This document shows positions 1 through 9,773 of a stretch of 64,000 bases of DNA, piece after piece (the stretch's first letter is position 1; every line of letters starts with the position of its first letter). The notes beneath the pieces are model-generated. The model was not told the DNA's origin. It saw only the letters and a list, made by a program, of their open reading frames with translations, and made no database searches. The position numbers and the translations under genes were made by a program. Source of the stretch: an uncultured Gemmatimonadales bacterium (GTDB lineage Bacteria; Gemmatimonadota; Gemmatimonadetes; Gemmatimonadales; GWC2-71-9); the NCBI GenBank assembly GCA_963695555.1, contig CAVOGR010000002.1:288001-352000 (forward strand), given 5' to 3'.

Positions 1-486
1 CGGGATACAGGCAATATCCGGACGATAAATCTCCCCTATGAGCTTCATGTCGCCGAAGATTGTGGTGTCGCCGCAATGATAGACCGTCACTCCACCCATA
101 TTGATCACCAGTCCGCACGGCATGCCCATGTAGCGCCCCTCATAGGACGAGGAGTGGAATGCCTGCGTGAAGGCGATCCAGCCGAATGGCAGCGAAATCT
201 TGCCTCCCGGATTCCCGGGTTCCGTAGCCGCGACGCCGTGTTCCGCCAGGTAGTTACAGATCTCGAACGCGGCGATCACGGTGGCCTTGTTGTGCTTGGC
301 CAGGGCGATGGTGTCGCCGAAATGGTCGGCGTGCCCGTGGGTCAGCGCGATGTGGGTCGGGTGGAGATCCTTGGGAGTCACCGTCGCTAAGGGGTTGCCG
401 GTGAGGAACGGATCGATGGCAAGGGTGTGGCTCCCGCTCTTCAATAGGAAAGCGGAGTGGCCCAGGTAGGTGATGTCGAGAGGCAT
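1..486 (-). CDS. Metal-dependent hydrolase, metallo-beta-lactamase fold (UPF0173-like); 3' end outside window
   Basis: Manual translation from ATG at 486: MPLDITYLGHSAF...IDPFLTGNP...ALTHGHADHFGD...AFHSS...YHCGDT; THxHxDH motif. Missing from the ORF track because it is truncated. Confidence 0.9.
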   Translation of the reverse strand, partial: MPLDITYLGHSAFLLKSGSHTLAIDPFLTGNPLATVTPKDLHPTHIALTHGHADHFGDTIALAKHNKATVIAAFEICNYLAEHGVAATEPGNPGGKISLPFGWIAFTQAFHSSSYEGRYMGMPCGLVINMGGVTVYHCGDTTIFGDMKLIGEIYRPDIACIP

Positions 487-589
487 GACCGGGCTCCCAG
501 TGGTTACGCGGGTTCTGGATGCGAAGCGGGCGGCTCCGCGGTATCGTCACATGTATGGACTCGCGTTCTGAGAATAGCGTGAAACCCGA

Positions 590-1021
590 ATGAGAGAACC
601 GTCTCGTGCAACGTCGCGCTGGGTGGGTGTGCTGGCGGCGGCCGGCCTCGCCCTGCTCATGGCCTACGGCTGTGACATCGAGACCCTGCGGATCCAGGTG
701 TGTTCCGACGGCCTCGGGGTATTGGTGAGCACCGAGCCCGGGGCCGAGTTCGATTGGAGCGGCGGCTGCGGGGTGGGTGAGCTGCAGGTGCGCGAGGCCG
801 GTGCGAGCGGGCGGGTCGTGTGGCGGATCCGCGATCGCGCGGCGATGAACCGGTTGGTGGCGCCGATCCGTTATGGTAGCGCACCATCTGAGGCGACGGT
901 CATCGTCCCGCCGGCGCCGCTCGAGGTGGGCGTGGGTTATCTCGTCGAGGTCCGGTCACTCACGGCACTCGGCGGTGGCGGTACCAGGATCGTCGTGGGT
1001 CAGGCCGCGTTCGTTCGGTGA
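590..1021 (+). CDS. Hypothetical lipoprotein
   Basis: Hydrophobic signal ending in a lipobox-like LMAYGC; beta-rich body. Confidence 0.6.
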   Translation: MREPSRATSRWVGVLAAAGLALLMAYGCDIETLRIQVCSDGLGVLVSTEPGAEFDWSGGCGVGELQVREAGASGRVVWRIRDRAAMNRLVAPIRYGSAPSEATVIVPPAPLEVGVGYLVEVRSLTALGGGGTRIVVGQAAFVR

Positions 1022-1183
1022 GTCGGTGCGCAGCGTTATCGTAAGTTGCGGCGTGGCGTAGCGATTATAGGGCACCGTGTGCAGTACTGGGTTTGGTGTA
1101 CGTGATATGCGGCGGAGTGCGATTTGAGAGCTCGGTGGGTTAGCTGGCGGCTTTGCGGGTCTATCGCTCCGCAGCCTATCACC

Positions 1184-1221
1184 TAGGGTTTTCCCTAGTG
1201 CGTAGGGTTTTCCCTAGTGCG
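1184..1221. repeat. Perfect 19-bp tandem duplication TAGGGTTTTCCCTAGTGCG x2, each unit palindromic
   Basis: Units at 1184-1202 and 1203-1221; TAGGG-TTTT-CCCTA dyad. Confidence 0.9.
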
Positions 1222-1378
1222 ATGGTGTTGAGTGGCTTGGGCTGGACCAAGCAGAGCCGCGGCTCATGGAGGAATCCGCAGTGGTGGGTCAGATTGTTTG
1301 CAGTTCATTTTCAAGTAGACGTACAGAAACAGAGGCAACACAGCAGAATGAACAAGCGCCGATCGCCAAAAACTACCC

Positions 1379-1867
1379 TTGGAAAGCTACCACGTTGTTA
1401 TCCTCGCTCAGATTGCGTTGTCGCTTTCGATTGCCCCATGTCATTCACAAGCACAAGGACAGCCCATGACTCAATCCGCAAGAGGTGAATTCGTCGTCTC
1501 CTTGAAGCCTTTGGCGTTTGAGGGCGCCGACCCAGAGTTCAAGCTTGGGCGAATGTCCATCGACAAGCAGATTTCCGGCGACCTCACCGCGAGCACAGTG
1601 GGTCAAATGCTCAGCGCGATGACGAGTACTAATGGGTCTGCCGGCTACGTCGCAATTGAGCGGGTAGCAGGTGTTCTAAACGGAAAACGAGGAACCTTTG
1701 TTCTGCAACACACCGGCACCATGAATCGTGGCGCACCATCCCTTGTAGTAACCGTAGTTCCGGACTCAGGCACTGAGGAATTGGTCGGACTGGAAGGCGA
1801 GTTCAAGATCAACATCGAAGAAGGCAAGCACTCTTACGAGTTCACGTATCGCTTGCCTGCGCAGTAG
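1379..1867 (+). CDS. DUF3224 family protein, probable integron gene cassette (start may be ATG 1466)
   Basis: GSAGYVAIERV...GKRGTFVLQH...VVPDSGTEELVGLEG pattern; visibly lower GC; attC follows 10 bp after the stop. Confidence 0.85.
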   Translation: MESYHVVILAQIALSLSIAPCHSQAQGQPMTQSARGEFVVSLKPLAFEGADPEFKLGRMSIDKQISGDLTASTVGQMLSAMTSTNGSAGYVAIERVAGVLNGKRGTFVLQHTGTMNRGAPSLVVTVVPDSGTEELVGLEGEFKINIEEGKHSYEFTYRLPAQ

Positions 1868-1877
1868 AGCAAATGAC

Positions 1878-1985
1878 GTCTAACCACCACGTGCAGTGGA
1901 CGGGCCCTGCTGGTTTCAAAGGGAATCATTGATTTGTGAGCAGGCAGGCCGAGGTGGCCCGCCACTGACCCGGAATTCGTTAGGC
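1878..1985 (+). mobile_element. Integron attC recombination site
   Basis: GTCTAAC (1878-1884, RYYYAAC) and GTTAGGC (1979-1985, GTTRRRY); inner arms CAGTGGACGGGCC (1894-1906) and GGCCCGCCACTG (1956-1967) pair with one extrahelical base; 108 bp. Confidence 0.85.
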
Positions 1986-2089
1986 GGCGAATCAGTCTTG
2001 GGTTCTCACGGCCGAGGACTCGATGAGCATGGGACTCAATAGCCCCAGTTCCAGTCGGACGTCGTGTTCGCCCTAGGGGGAACTGAGCC

Positions 2090-2308
2090 CTACGCCTTCG
2101 ACTTCGCCATCATTCCGATACCGGCCAGTAGACTCACGGCACCCAGCCCCAGCAGGATATAGGACTGGGTTCGCCCACCCTGGTCAGTGGCGGAGACTTC
2201 AATGTCGCCGACAGAGAGAGAAGCACCAGAATCATCAAATTGTGAGAATCCGAAGAAGCCAAGCGCCAAGCCAACGACAATGAGTGCGATGGGAAAAAAC
2301 TTGTTCAT
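2090..2308 (-). CDS. Small two-TM membrane protein (DUF3185-like)
   Basis: 72 aa, two hydrophobic helices around a short polar loop. Confidence 0.7.
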   Translation of the reverse strand: MNKFFPIALIVVGLALGFFGFSQFDDSGASLSVGDIEVSATDQGGRTQSYILLGLGAVSLLAGIGMMAKSKA

Positions 2309-2671
2309 AGAACCGCCTGAGTCGAAGTGCGGGAAAACGGGACCACGCGCCGTTGGGGCTCAATCGGCCGCTTCCACCACAAAGATATGTGTCGCGCGGA
2401 GCCGCGCAAACAAACCCACCGGGCATTGAATGAACCGGTTGGCCGGCGCTCTGCATTCGCCCTCGAGCGCCGTGGCGAGATGTATCGATCCGGCGTGGCT
2501 GATCGAGACGGAGGTCGATGCCGTCGTCGGAGGCTGACGCCGAGCCCGCCCGCAGCGGCCTAGCCTTGCCTCGCTCGACATAAGGGGTTGATTGGGTGAA
2601 ACAGGAAGGGCTCCGTAGCCGCTCCAGGCCCGGACGATCCGAGCGATATGACCACGCGATGGAGGCACGAC

Positions 2672-4464
2672 ATGAAGACCGGAACGCTGTTGGTGCTGGG
2701 TGGCGTAGGCGTGCCCGCGGGACTTGCCGCCTGGCTGGTTGTGGGCGCGAGCCCAGGCGCGCCGACCGGCGCGGCTTTGGCCGAGCTCGGCCCTCAGGAG
2801 GCCGACGGGATCGAGTGGTACTGGGCCCTCAACGGGCCGGTGTCCGCCGATGCCGGGGTCGACCTGTCGGTCGACCCGCAGGGCAACGTGTTCCTCGCCG
2901 GCGGCCACGGCGGCCTCGACATGGATCGCGACGGGACGTCGACCTCCCGTCGGGGGCCACCGCTTACGTGGGTGCCAAGAACCCCCTGTTCATGAAGCTG
3001 AGCCGGCACGCGGCGGGCGAACCGATGAAGATTCGCTGGGCCCGCTCTCCCAGCACGCCGGCGGACCGTACCCAGACCAAGATCGCCGCCGACGGGCGCG
3101 GCGGGGCCTACGTGGTCAGGAGCGTTCATGGAATCGCTGTCGTTCGAGGACGGGCCCACCCTCCAGGGGGCGGGCGGGAACGACGCCTTCATCGCCCGCT
3201 ACGACGGCGAAGGGTCGGTGACCTGGGCGCGAGTGTTCGGCGGGCCCGGCGGAGGCGACGCCATCTATGGCCTGGCCAGCGATGAGGACGGGAACGCCTA
3301 TCTGGTCGGCACCGGGAACGAAACGTTTCCGCTCGACGATCAGGGTGCCGAGTTTCGGACCTCGACTGAACGCGCCGCCGCGATCGTGTCCTACAACCCG
3401 GAAGGGGTGGTGCGCTGGGCCCGCGTGTTCGGGGCCGGTGCCCCGCTCGCGTTCGCGGTCAAGGTGTCGCCCAACGGCCGGATCTACGTGACGGGTGAGC
3501 TGGCGGGCGAGGCCGACTTCGACGGCGACGGGACGGCCGACCTTCCCGCCCCCAGGGACCGCGACGGCTTCGTGGCCCGATTCGATAGGGAGGGCACCTT
3601 TCTGGGCGCGTGGGCAGTTCCGACAGCGGCGGTCCCGACATTCACGCCCGAAGGCGACGTCCTGCTGGGCGGTCCGATGGGAGGCGCGATGGAGCGGCGG
3701 TACGGGCCCGCCGATTTCGATGGTGACGGCCGGCCGGACGTGGAGCTCAAGGGCGGCGGACCGACCGGAACGTGGGTCGCCCGCTACTCGTCGGAGGGCC
3801 GGCTTCGGTTGGGTCCGCTCGTATGCGCTGCGAGCAGCCGGCGGACTTGGAGGTCCGGGGCGACCTGATGGTGATGTCGGGCAACTACAAGGGCGTGCGC
3901 GATCTCAATGAAGACGGCGAGGCCGAGCCGCGGTTGGACGTGGTGGATTCGGAGCTGGAGACGGACCTGGCGATCATGATCCTGTCGGCCCGGGACGGCA
4001 GGCCCCTCCGCGTCTGGACCGCGCCGGGCCCGGGCAACGACTGGGCTAACGCGGTGGCGTTCCTTCCCAACGAACCCGCGCTGCTGGTCACCGGCGCGAT
4101 CCAGCTCACGGCCGACTTCACCGGCGACGGCGAGCACGGCGAAGGCTGGATCGTGTGCGAGAACCTGGGCGATCTCTATGTCGCCCAGTACCGGTTGCCC
4201 GAGCCGGTCGAGACGCCCAACGAGATTCTGCTGGACGTGTCGCTGGCCCGGCGCGAGGGCGAGCTGCGCGCCACCCTCATGTGGTCGGGTGCCACGACGG
4301 ATCGGATTGACGTGTACCGCGGTGACGAGCGGATCGCCACGGTGAAGAACGACGGGTCGCACACCGACGTGATCCCGCAGGACGGTGCGGCACCCCCTTA
4401 CCGCTACCGCGTGTGCGACCGGGGCAGCTCCAGGTGCTCGGCGACATGGAAGGGCGGCCGCTGA
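2672..4464 (+). pseudogene. Secreted beta-propeller (SBBP-repeat-like) protein with DxDxDG Ca-binding loops; frameshifted (error or decay)
   Basis: GGAGG RBS at 2661, ATG 2672. Coherent protein continues across track ORFs 2648-2995, 2596-3285, 3128-3868, 3772-4464, with shifts near 2935, 3118 and 3805-3830. Repeats such as VDPQGNVFLAG, ASDEDGNAYLVG, DFDGDG. Confidence 0.75.
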
Positions 4465-4586
4465 TGGCTCGGTTACATGTTCAATCGACGCTCGCTCGGA
4501 GCCGGCCTTTGCGCCATCGTCATCCTCCTCGGCACCGCCGTGAATTGACGGTGCGCGTCATCGTGGTTCCCAAGAGCTATTAGGGC

Positions 4587-4608
4587 GCCTAACAAGTAAA
4601 TGCACCTG
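4587..4608 (+). mobile_element. Truncated attC left arm
   Basis: GCCTAAC followed by AAGTAAATGCACCTG, a typical attC start; no matching right arm nearby. Confidence 0.5.
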
Positions 4609-4905
4609 GCGCTGGCTCAGGACTTCTTCGCGGGCCAGCGGGTGCGGCGCGACATCGTCCGTTTCGTGAGTGTTCTGTCTCGACGTCCTCGCGCCGCCCC
4701 CAAACTCCCCATGAGCCTCCCTTCCCACGGCAAGTGGCTGCAGAGAGTTCTCGCGCGCGATGACCGGTTTCTCGTCGGGTTGCACCTGCGCCAGATGAAA
4801 GCCATCAGTTACCTTGGCACGTTAGATCGGGTCTTCGGGGTACCCGTCACCACGCGCAACTGGAATACCATGAGCGCAGTCGCCAGGCTGCTGGACCCCG
4901 AGTGA
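4600..4905 (+). pseudogene. C-terminal fragment of DUF1697 family protein
   Basis: Ends FGVPVTTRNWNTM, the DUF1697 C-terminal signature; the N-terminal LRGINVGG half is absent. Confidence 0.7.
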
Positions 4906-4908
4906 GGC

Positions 4909-4987
4909 AAGCGCTGGCGAGTGGACCAGGCCGCCGGCTATGTGGGCATGCCGGTGGCGTCCCCGCTCACGCTGTGTCCGTTAGAGT
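4909..4987 (+). mobile_element. Degenerate attC-like site
   Basis: Dyad GCCGCCGGC/GCCGGTGGC flanked by GAGTGGAC/GTCCCCGCTC, ending in GTTAGAG at 4980-4986, 7 bp before the next ATG; left TAAC core missing. Confidence 0.5.
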
Positions 4988-4993
4988 GAACCC

Positions 4994-5860
4994 ATGGATT
5001 CCAAACCAATCCTGATACTGGGAGCGACCGGGATGCTGGGCCGACCGGTCGCGCAGTGCCTGACCGCTCAGGGCCAGCGGGTGCGTGCCTTGGTTCGTGA
5101 GGCTGGGAGGGGCCGCCGACAGCTGGGCGATTCCGTCGAAATCGTCGAGGGGAGCGCGCTCGAGGAGCGAGACGTGCGCCAGGCGATGGCGGGGTGTTGG
5201 GCGGTCCACGTCAACCTGGTCCAGGAAGCGGAACTGACTGCCATGCAGCACGTCGTCCGGTCGGCGGCGGCGCGGGGAATTCAACGGGTGTCCTATGTGT
5301 CGGCGACCACCGCGTGCGAAGCGAATCGATGGTTCGAAGTGGTGGATGTGAAGATGCGCACGGAGGAGGTCCTCAGGCAGAGTGGCGTCCCGCACGTGGT
5401 GTTTTGCCCGACCTGGGTGATGGAGACGCTCGAGAACTTTGTCCACGGAAGTCGAGGGACGATCATCATTGGGCGAAACCCTCCCGAGCTGCACTTCGTC
5501 GCCGCCGCCGACTTCGGACGGATGATGGCCCAGTCCTACGTAGATGAGCGCGCCCTCGGCAAGCGCTTGTTCATTCACGGGCCCGACGCCGTTACGCTTC
5601 CCGACGCGCTCCAGCGCTTCTATGCGGCCTGCCATCCTCAGCTGAGGGTGATGCGGTTGAAGCTGTGGCAGGCCCGGCTCCTCGCCAGGCTGACCCGGCG
5701 GGCGGGGCTGACCTATGTGACCAAATTGATCGACTACTTCGACCGAGTGGGGGAACTCGGCGACCCCAGCGAAGCGAATCGCCTGCTGGGCACGCCGTCG
5801 ACCACACTCGATGAGTGGTTCATCTCGCCGCACGGCGAGCGGCAGGGGTTACCGCACTGA
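4994..5860 (+). CDS. NmrA-like / atypical SDR NAD(P)H-binding protein
   Basis: ILILGATGMLG Rossmann motif, VRALVR, K..TEEVLRQSG. Confidence 0.9.
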   Translation: MDSKPILILGATGMLGRPVAQCLTAQGQRVRALVREAGRGRRQLGDSVEIVEGSALEERDVRQAMAGCWAVHVNLVQEAELTAMQHVVRSAAARGIQRVSYVSATTACEANRWFEVVDVKMRTEEVLRQSGVPHVVFCPTWVMETLENFVHGSRGTIIIGRNPPELHFVAAADFGRMMAQSYVDERALGKRLFIHGPDAVTLPDALQRFYAACHPQLRVMRLKLWQARLLARLTRRAGLTYVTKLIDYFDRVGELGDPSEANRLLGTPSTTLDEWFISPHGERQGLPH

Positions 5861-5965
5861 GGATGGGGCAACTCTGGGCCCTGGCCACGACGATTCCCTC
5901 CGTGAACGAGATAAGTCCCTCCCTGCCGCAGCGCCGTCACGACGCACCAGCGCGCCGTCGCCGCG

Positions 5966-6745
5966 TCAGCGGGACGAGCGGACCGTGCGCCCGGACAGCG
6001 GTTGCACGGGACGGTTCGTCGGCCCGTGGTCCCCGGCCAGGGCCGCCAGCTGATCTGAGCTGAGCGACATGGACTCGGTCAAGAGATTCCACCGAACGCC
6101 CTCCGAACACGGCGGTGTCGTCAACGACCCGTCATAGGTGATGTAACCGGCTGCGTCCGGCAGGAGCTCAGCAAGGTTTACCTCCATCGTCGCGCCGCCT
6201 TCCCGACCGGCGCCGGCGATGGCTTCGTACGCCGCCGATGACGCGCCCTCCTCGAACATCACGCCGACCACCGCGAGCTGACCAGCATCGTTCTGGTGCA
6301 CGAAGTGGATCTCGAGCGGGAAGCTTTGGCCGTCGATGGTGTGCTCGCTCGGTCCGTGGGGATGGAACTGGAGGAGCGTGTACTGGTCCTCCCCGATGGT
6401 GAGGCGTTGCGTCGTCTCAGGTGTCACGACCATCCCGTATCCCGACGTCTCGACCCGCACCGTCGTGTTGCCGTAGTCAAACTCCAGCGGTGGGAGATCG
6501 TGCGACTCCACGGACGCGGTGGCCACGTCAATGGGAGACTGCGCCATTCCCGCGGCGCACGCCGCGTATTCCTCGGACAGCATACCCCACCGATCAGGAC
6601 CGGTCTCGCCCGCGTACGACCAGGCCACCTCCGTGTGGGCAGCCTCCGCTGCTTTGTCCTGGGAGGCGGTATCTCCCCGGGCGCATGCAGCGACGAAGGG
6701 CAGGCCAATGAACAGCAAGCTCAAGCAATATGTGGTTCGCCTCAT
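5966..6745 (-). CDS. Alpha-class carbonic anhydrase, lipoprotein
   Basis: WSYAGETGP, QSPID, QFHPHGPSEH, EIHFVH, YDGSLTTPPCSEGVRW, NRPVQP; lipobox VAAC. Confidence 0.95.
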   Translation of the reverse strand: MRRTTYCLSLLFIGLPFVAACARGDTASQDKAAEAAHTEVAWSYAGETGPDRWGMLSEEYAACAAGMAQSPIDVATASVESHDLPPLEFDYGNTTVRVETSGYGMVVTPETTQRLTIGEDQYTLLQFHPHGPSEHTIDGQSFPLEIHFVHQNDAGQLAVVGVMFEEGASSAAYEAIAGAGREGGATMEVNLAELLPDAAGYITYDGSLTTPPCSEGVRWNLLTESMSLSSDQLAALAGDHGPTNRPVQPLSGRTVRSSR

Positions 6746-6845
6746 GATTGTCTCTCCTCGTTGATGACTTCGGGGCCGCTCATGCGACCGTCGGTTTTCG
6801 GACGCCTCCCGCCCGGGTTGGCGCGCCGCACTCCTGGGCCCGCTG

Positions 6846-7154
6846 TCAGGGCGATCGGCCTTCGACCATCCGGATCAGCTCGCGAACCGTGCGGTGGGCC
6901 TCCAGGGGATGCCGGAGCGCTCCGTCCAAGTGCAGCACGTAGCGGTTGCGACGGCCTTCCCGCACGCGCTCGACGATTCCTTCCGTCTCCAGATCCGCCA
7001 GAATCAGCTGCACCGCCCGCTCGGTGATGCCTACGACCTCCGCCAGATCACGAATCCGTGCGCGTCGATTCCGGACCAGCGCGACCACGACGTGAGCGTG
7101 GTTGCTGAAGAACGTCCACGTGCTGCCTGCGCGCTTCCGGTCTTTCACTTTCAT
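6846..7154 (-). CDS. Winged helix-turn-helix transcriptional regulator
   Basis: WTFFSNHAHV...ARIRDLAEVVGITERAVQLILADLE...REGRRNRY...LRHPLE. Confidence 0.9.
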   Translation of the reverse strand: MKVKDRKRAGSTWTFFSNHAHVVVALVRNRRARIRDLAEVVGITERAVQLILADLETEGIVERVREGRRNRYVLHLDGALRHPLEAHRTVRELIRMVEGRSP

Positions 7155-7313
7155 CCCGACCTCGTTAATATGTGAAAACTATTTCGGTAATTATTGTTCG
7201 TCAATACCGACCTCGGCACTCGAGGAGCGTGTGACTCCGCCACTGACGCGGGATTTGTCAATGCGGCGGTCTAGAGTGCTTGGCATGGCAAGTTACCCGG
7301 GCTATCGTGCCAT

Positions 7314-7421
7314 ATGATCCGCTCCTTTGCGGATCCCGGCACCGAGGATGTCTTCTACGGCCGTGATCCCCGGCGCGCCCAGGGTACCTCCCCACACAGA
7401 GGCATGTCTTTCAGCTCCTAG
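7314..7421 (+). pseudogene. N-terminal remnant of HigB-type (RelE/ParE superfamily) toxin
   Basis: Manual translation MIRSFADPGTEDVFYGRDPRRAQGTSPHRGMSFSS*; first ~22 aa resemble HigB N-termini; no antitoxin follows. Confidence 0.6.
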
Positions 7422-7460
7422 CACTGTACCGGGTCCCAAACGACCAGCGCGGAGAGCAGC

Positions 7461-9773
7461 GTGCATCTCGAATTGATCGACCTTTTGGCCATCCTGCTAG
7501 CGGCATGGGGAAGCGGACTCCTCGCCGTCCGGCTCGGCTTTCCCGCGATTCTCGGCGAGCTCGCGGCCGGCGTCGTGTTTGGGCCCGCACTGCTCGGCTG
7601 GCTGGTGCCCAGCGAATCGGTGGACGTGCTCGCCGAGCTCGGCGTGTACCTGCTCATGCTCTACATCGGGATGGAGATCCAGCCGCGACAGCTGGTCTCC
7701 GCCTCGCGGGCCGGCGTGCTGGCCGCCATCGGCGGCTTCCTGGTCCCGTTCGGCATCGGCGTCGGCCTGATGCTGTCACTGGAGTACTCGACCGCGGCGG
7801 CCTTGTTCATGGGCATGGCGATGGGGGTCACCTCTCTCGCCACCAAGTCACGGATTCTGGTCGATCTCAACCTGCTCGGCACCCGCGTCGCCAGTGTCCT
7901 CCTGGTCGGCGCGGTGTTCGCCGACACCCTCGCCCTCATGACCTTCGCCGGTATCCTGGCGATGGGCTCGCAGGGGGCCGGAAGCGACGCGTGGATCGGC
8001 GTGGCCGTCACCGGGGTCAAGGCCGTCATCTTCTTTGCCGCAGCCGTGGTCATCGGACTCCGGGTCTTCCCGTGGATCGGGACGCACCTCGCGCGGTGGA
8101 AGCTCGGTAAACGCACCAGCAACTTCACCATCGTCTTGATCGTGGCCTTCCTCTTCGGCGAACTCGCTCATCTGGCGGGGCTGCACGCCATTCTCGGAGC
8201 GTTCGTGGCCGGCCTCTTCCTCCAGGAGGGGATTCTCCAGCGGAAGTGGTCATACGAAGTCACCGATGTCGTGCACGATCTGTCGCTGGGGTTCCTCGCT
8301 CCCGTGTTCTTCGTCTCGGCCGGCTTCCACATCTCCCTGCCGGCGGTCATTGCCAACTGGGAACTTCTGCTGCTCGTCGTGGTGCTGGCCACCCTCGGCA
8401 AAATCGTCGGGACGGCGCTGTTCTACCTGCCAAGCGGCCATGGCTGGCGCGAAGGGCTCACCGTAGGTGCCGGCATGAACGGCCGCGGGGCGGTCGAGAT
8501 CATCGTCGCCGAGATCGGCCTGGCTATGGGACTCATTACGCCGGACGTGTTTTCAATTCTGGTGGTGATGGCGTTCCTCACCACGTTGTCGGTTCCCTTC
8601 TTCCTGACCTGGCTGGTGCGGTGGCTCCGGGCGCGGAACGAACTCGTACCGGCGGCGACCGGTCGCAGCGGTGTGATCATCACCCCGGTGACGGCGTTGG
8701 GCCTCAAGCTGGCAACCTTGTTCGTGGACGAGGGCAAACCCGTCACGTTCGTGGATCGGTATCCAACGGGCTGCCGCGATGCCCAGCGGCATGGCTTTCG
8801 CGCGGTGCACGGAGACATCTTGGACCGCGACATCCTGGCCGATGCTGGAGCGACCGATGCCAGAATGATCATCTCGCTGTTGGACGACGAGCCGGAGTCC
8901 GTTGCGCTGGGGCGCTATGCGCGGGTGGAGTTCGGGGTTCCGGAATTCTACTTGCCGGGTGCACCCGAACGCGCGACGGCCACCGCGGCGGAGGTCGAAC
9001 GATTGGGGCTCCGGCGCCTGGTGTTGGGTGGCGACGCGCTGGTGAGCCTACACTCGCAAGCGGACCTCGAGCGCTTCGAGCTGATCCAGGAAGTGGTTCC
9101 CGACATGATCTTGGGGGACGAAATCGCCGTGGTGTTCCCGGCCGATGCCCAGGCCGTGCCGCTTGCCTTCCGGCAGGATGGGCGGACCCAACCGCTCCAC
9201 CGCAACGCCACCCTCCTCCCCGGTGCCACGGTCTGGGTCCTCAAGTGCGCGCCCCACGAGAAGCTGCCAGAGCCTCGGGCCCGCGCGCTCGCACGGCTCC
9301 ACCGGGCCGAGGTCATCGACCTCGGGAATCTCCAGGAAGCCGATCAGGTGGTCGGCGCGCTCGCGAAGCCGCTCGCCGGGGCAACCACGCTCTCAGAAGA
9401 GGAGGTCCAGAGCCTCCTCTGGGAGCGCGAGCGAACCATGACCACGGTGGTGGCGCCAGGCATTGCGATCCCGCATGTGCTCGTGACCGGCCTCGGGGAG
9501 CCGGTGCTGGCCGTCGCGCGGTCGAAACCGGGCGTCGTCTTTGCCAAGGGCCGGCCCCCGGTGCACGCCTTCTTCGCGATCGCCAGCGATCCCGACCGAC
9601 GAAGCCCGTATCTCTATTTGCTGTGGGCCATTTCCTCGATCGCGTCGCTCGAACGCTTTATTCCGCTGTGGACCGCTGCGGAGCAGGAAGCCGACCTCAC
9701 GCACGTGCTGCGCACCCTCGCGGCCGAGTTGGCAAGTGAGAACGGACCCAGCGGCGGAGCCGCCCACCCATGA
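7461..9773 (+). CDS. Cation:proton antiporter (CPA2) fused to TrkA_N and PTS EIIA domains
   Basis: Multi-TM N-terminus with ILGELAAG, LGAFVAGL, GMNGRGAV; VHGDILD in the RCK part; ERE...GIAIPH EIIA motif. Confidence 0.9.
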   Translation: MHLELIDLLAILLAAWGSGLLAVRLGFPAILGELAAGVVFGPALLGWLVPSESVDVLAELGVYLLMLYIGMEIQPRQLVSASRAGVLAAIGGFLVPFGIGVGLMLSLEYSTAAALFMGMAMGVTSLATKSRILVDLNLLGTRVASVLLVGAVFADTLALMTFAGILAMGSQGAGSDAWIGVAVTGVKAVIFFAAAVVIGLRVFPWIGTHLARWKLGKRTSNFTIVLIVAFLFGELAHLAGLHAILGAFVAGLFLQEGILQRKWSYEVTDVVHDLSLGFLAPVFFVSAGFHISLPAVIANWELLLLVVVLATLGKIVGTALFYLPSGHGWREGLTVGAGMNGRGAVEIIVAEIGLAMGLITPDVFSILVVMAFLTTLSVPFFLTWLVRWLRARNELVPAATGRSGVIITPVTALGLKLATLFVDEGKPVTFVDRYPTGCRDAQRHGFRAVHGDILDRDILADAGATDARMIISLLDDEPESVALGRYARVEFGVPEFYLPGAPERATATAAEVERLGLRRLVLGGDALVSLHSQADLERFELIQEVVPDMILGDEIAVVFPADAQAVPLAFRQDGRTQPLHRNATLLPGATVWVLKCAPHEKLPEPRARALARLHRAEVIDLGNLQEADQVVGALAKPLAGATTLSEEEVQSLLWERERTMTTVVAPGIAIPHVLVTGLGEPVLAVARSKPGVVFAKGRPPVHAFFAIASDPDRRSPYLYLLWAISSIASLERFIPLWTAAEQEADLTHVLRTLAAELASENGPSGGAAHP

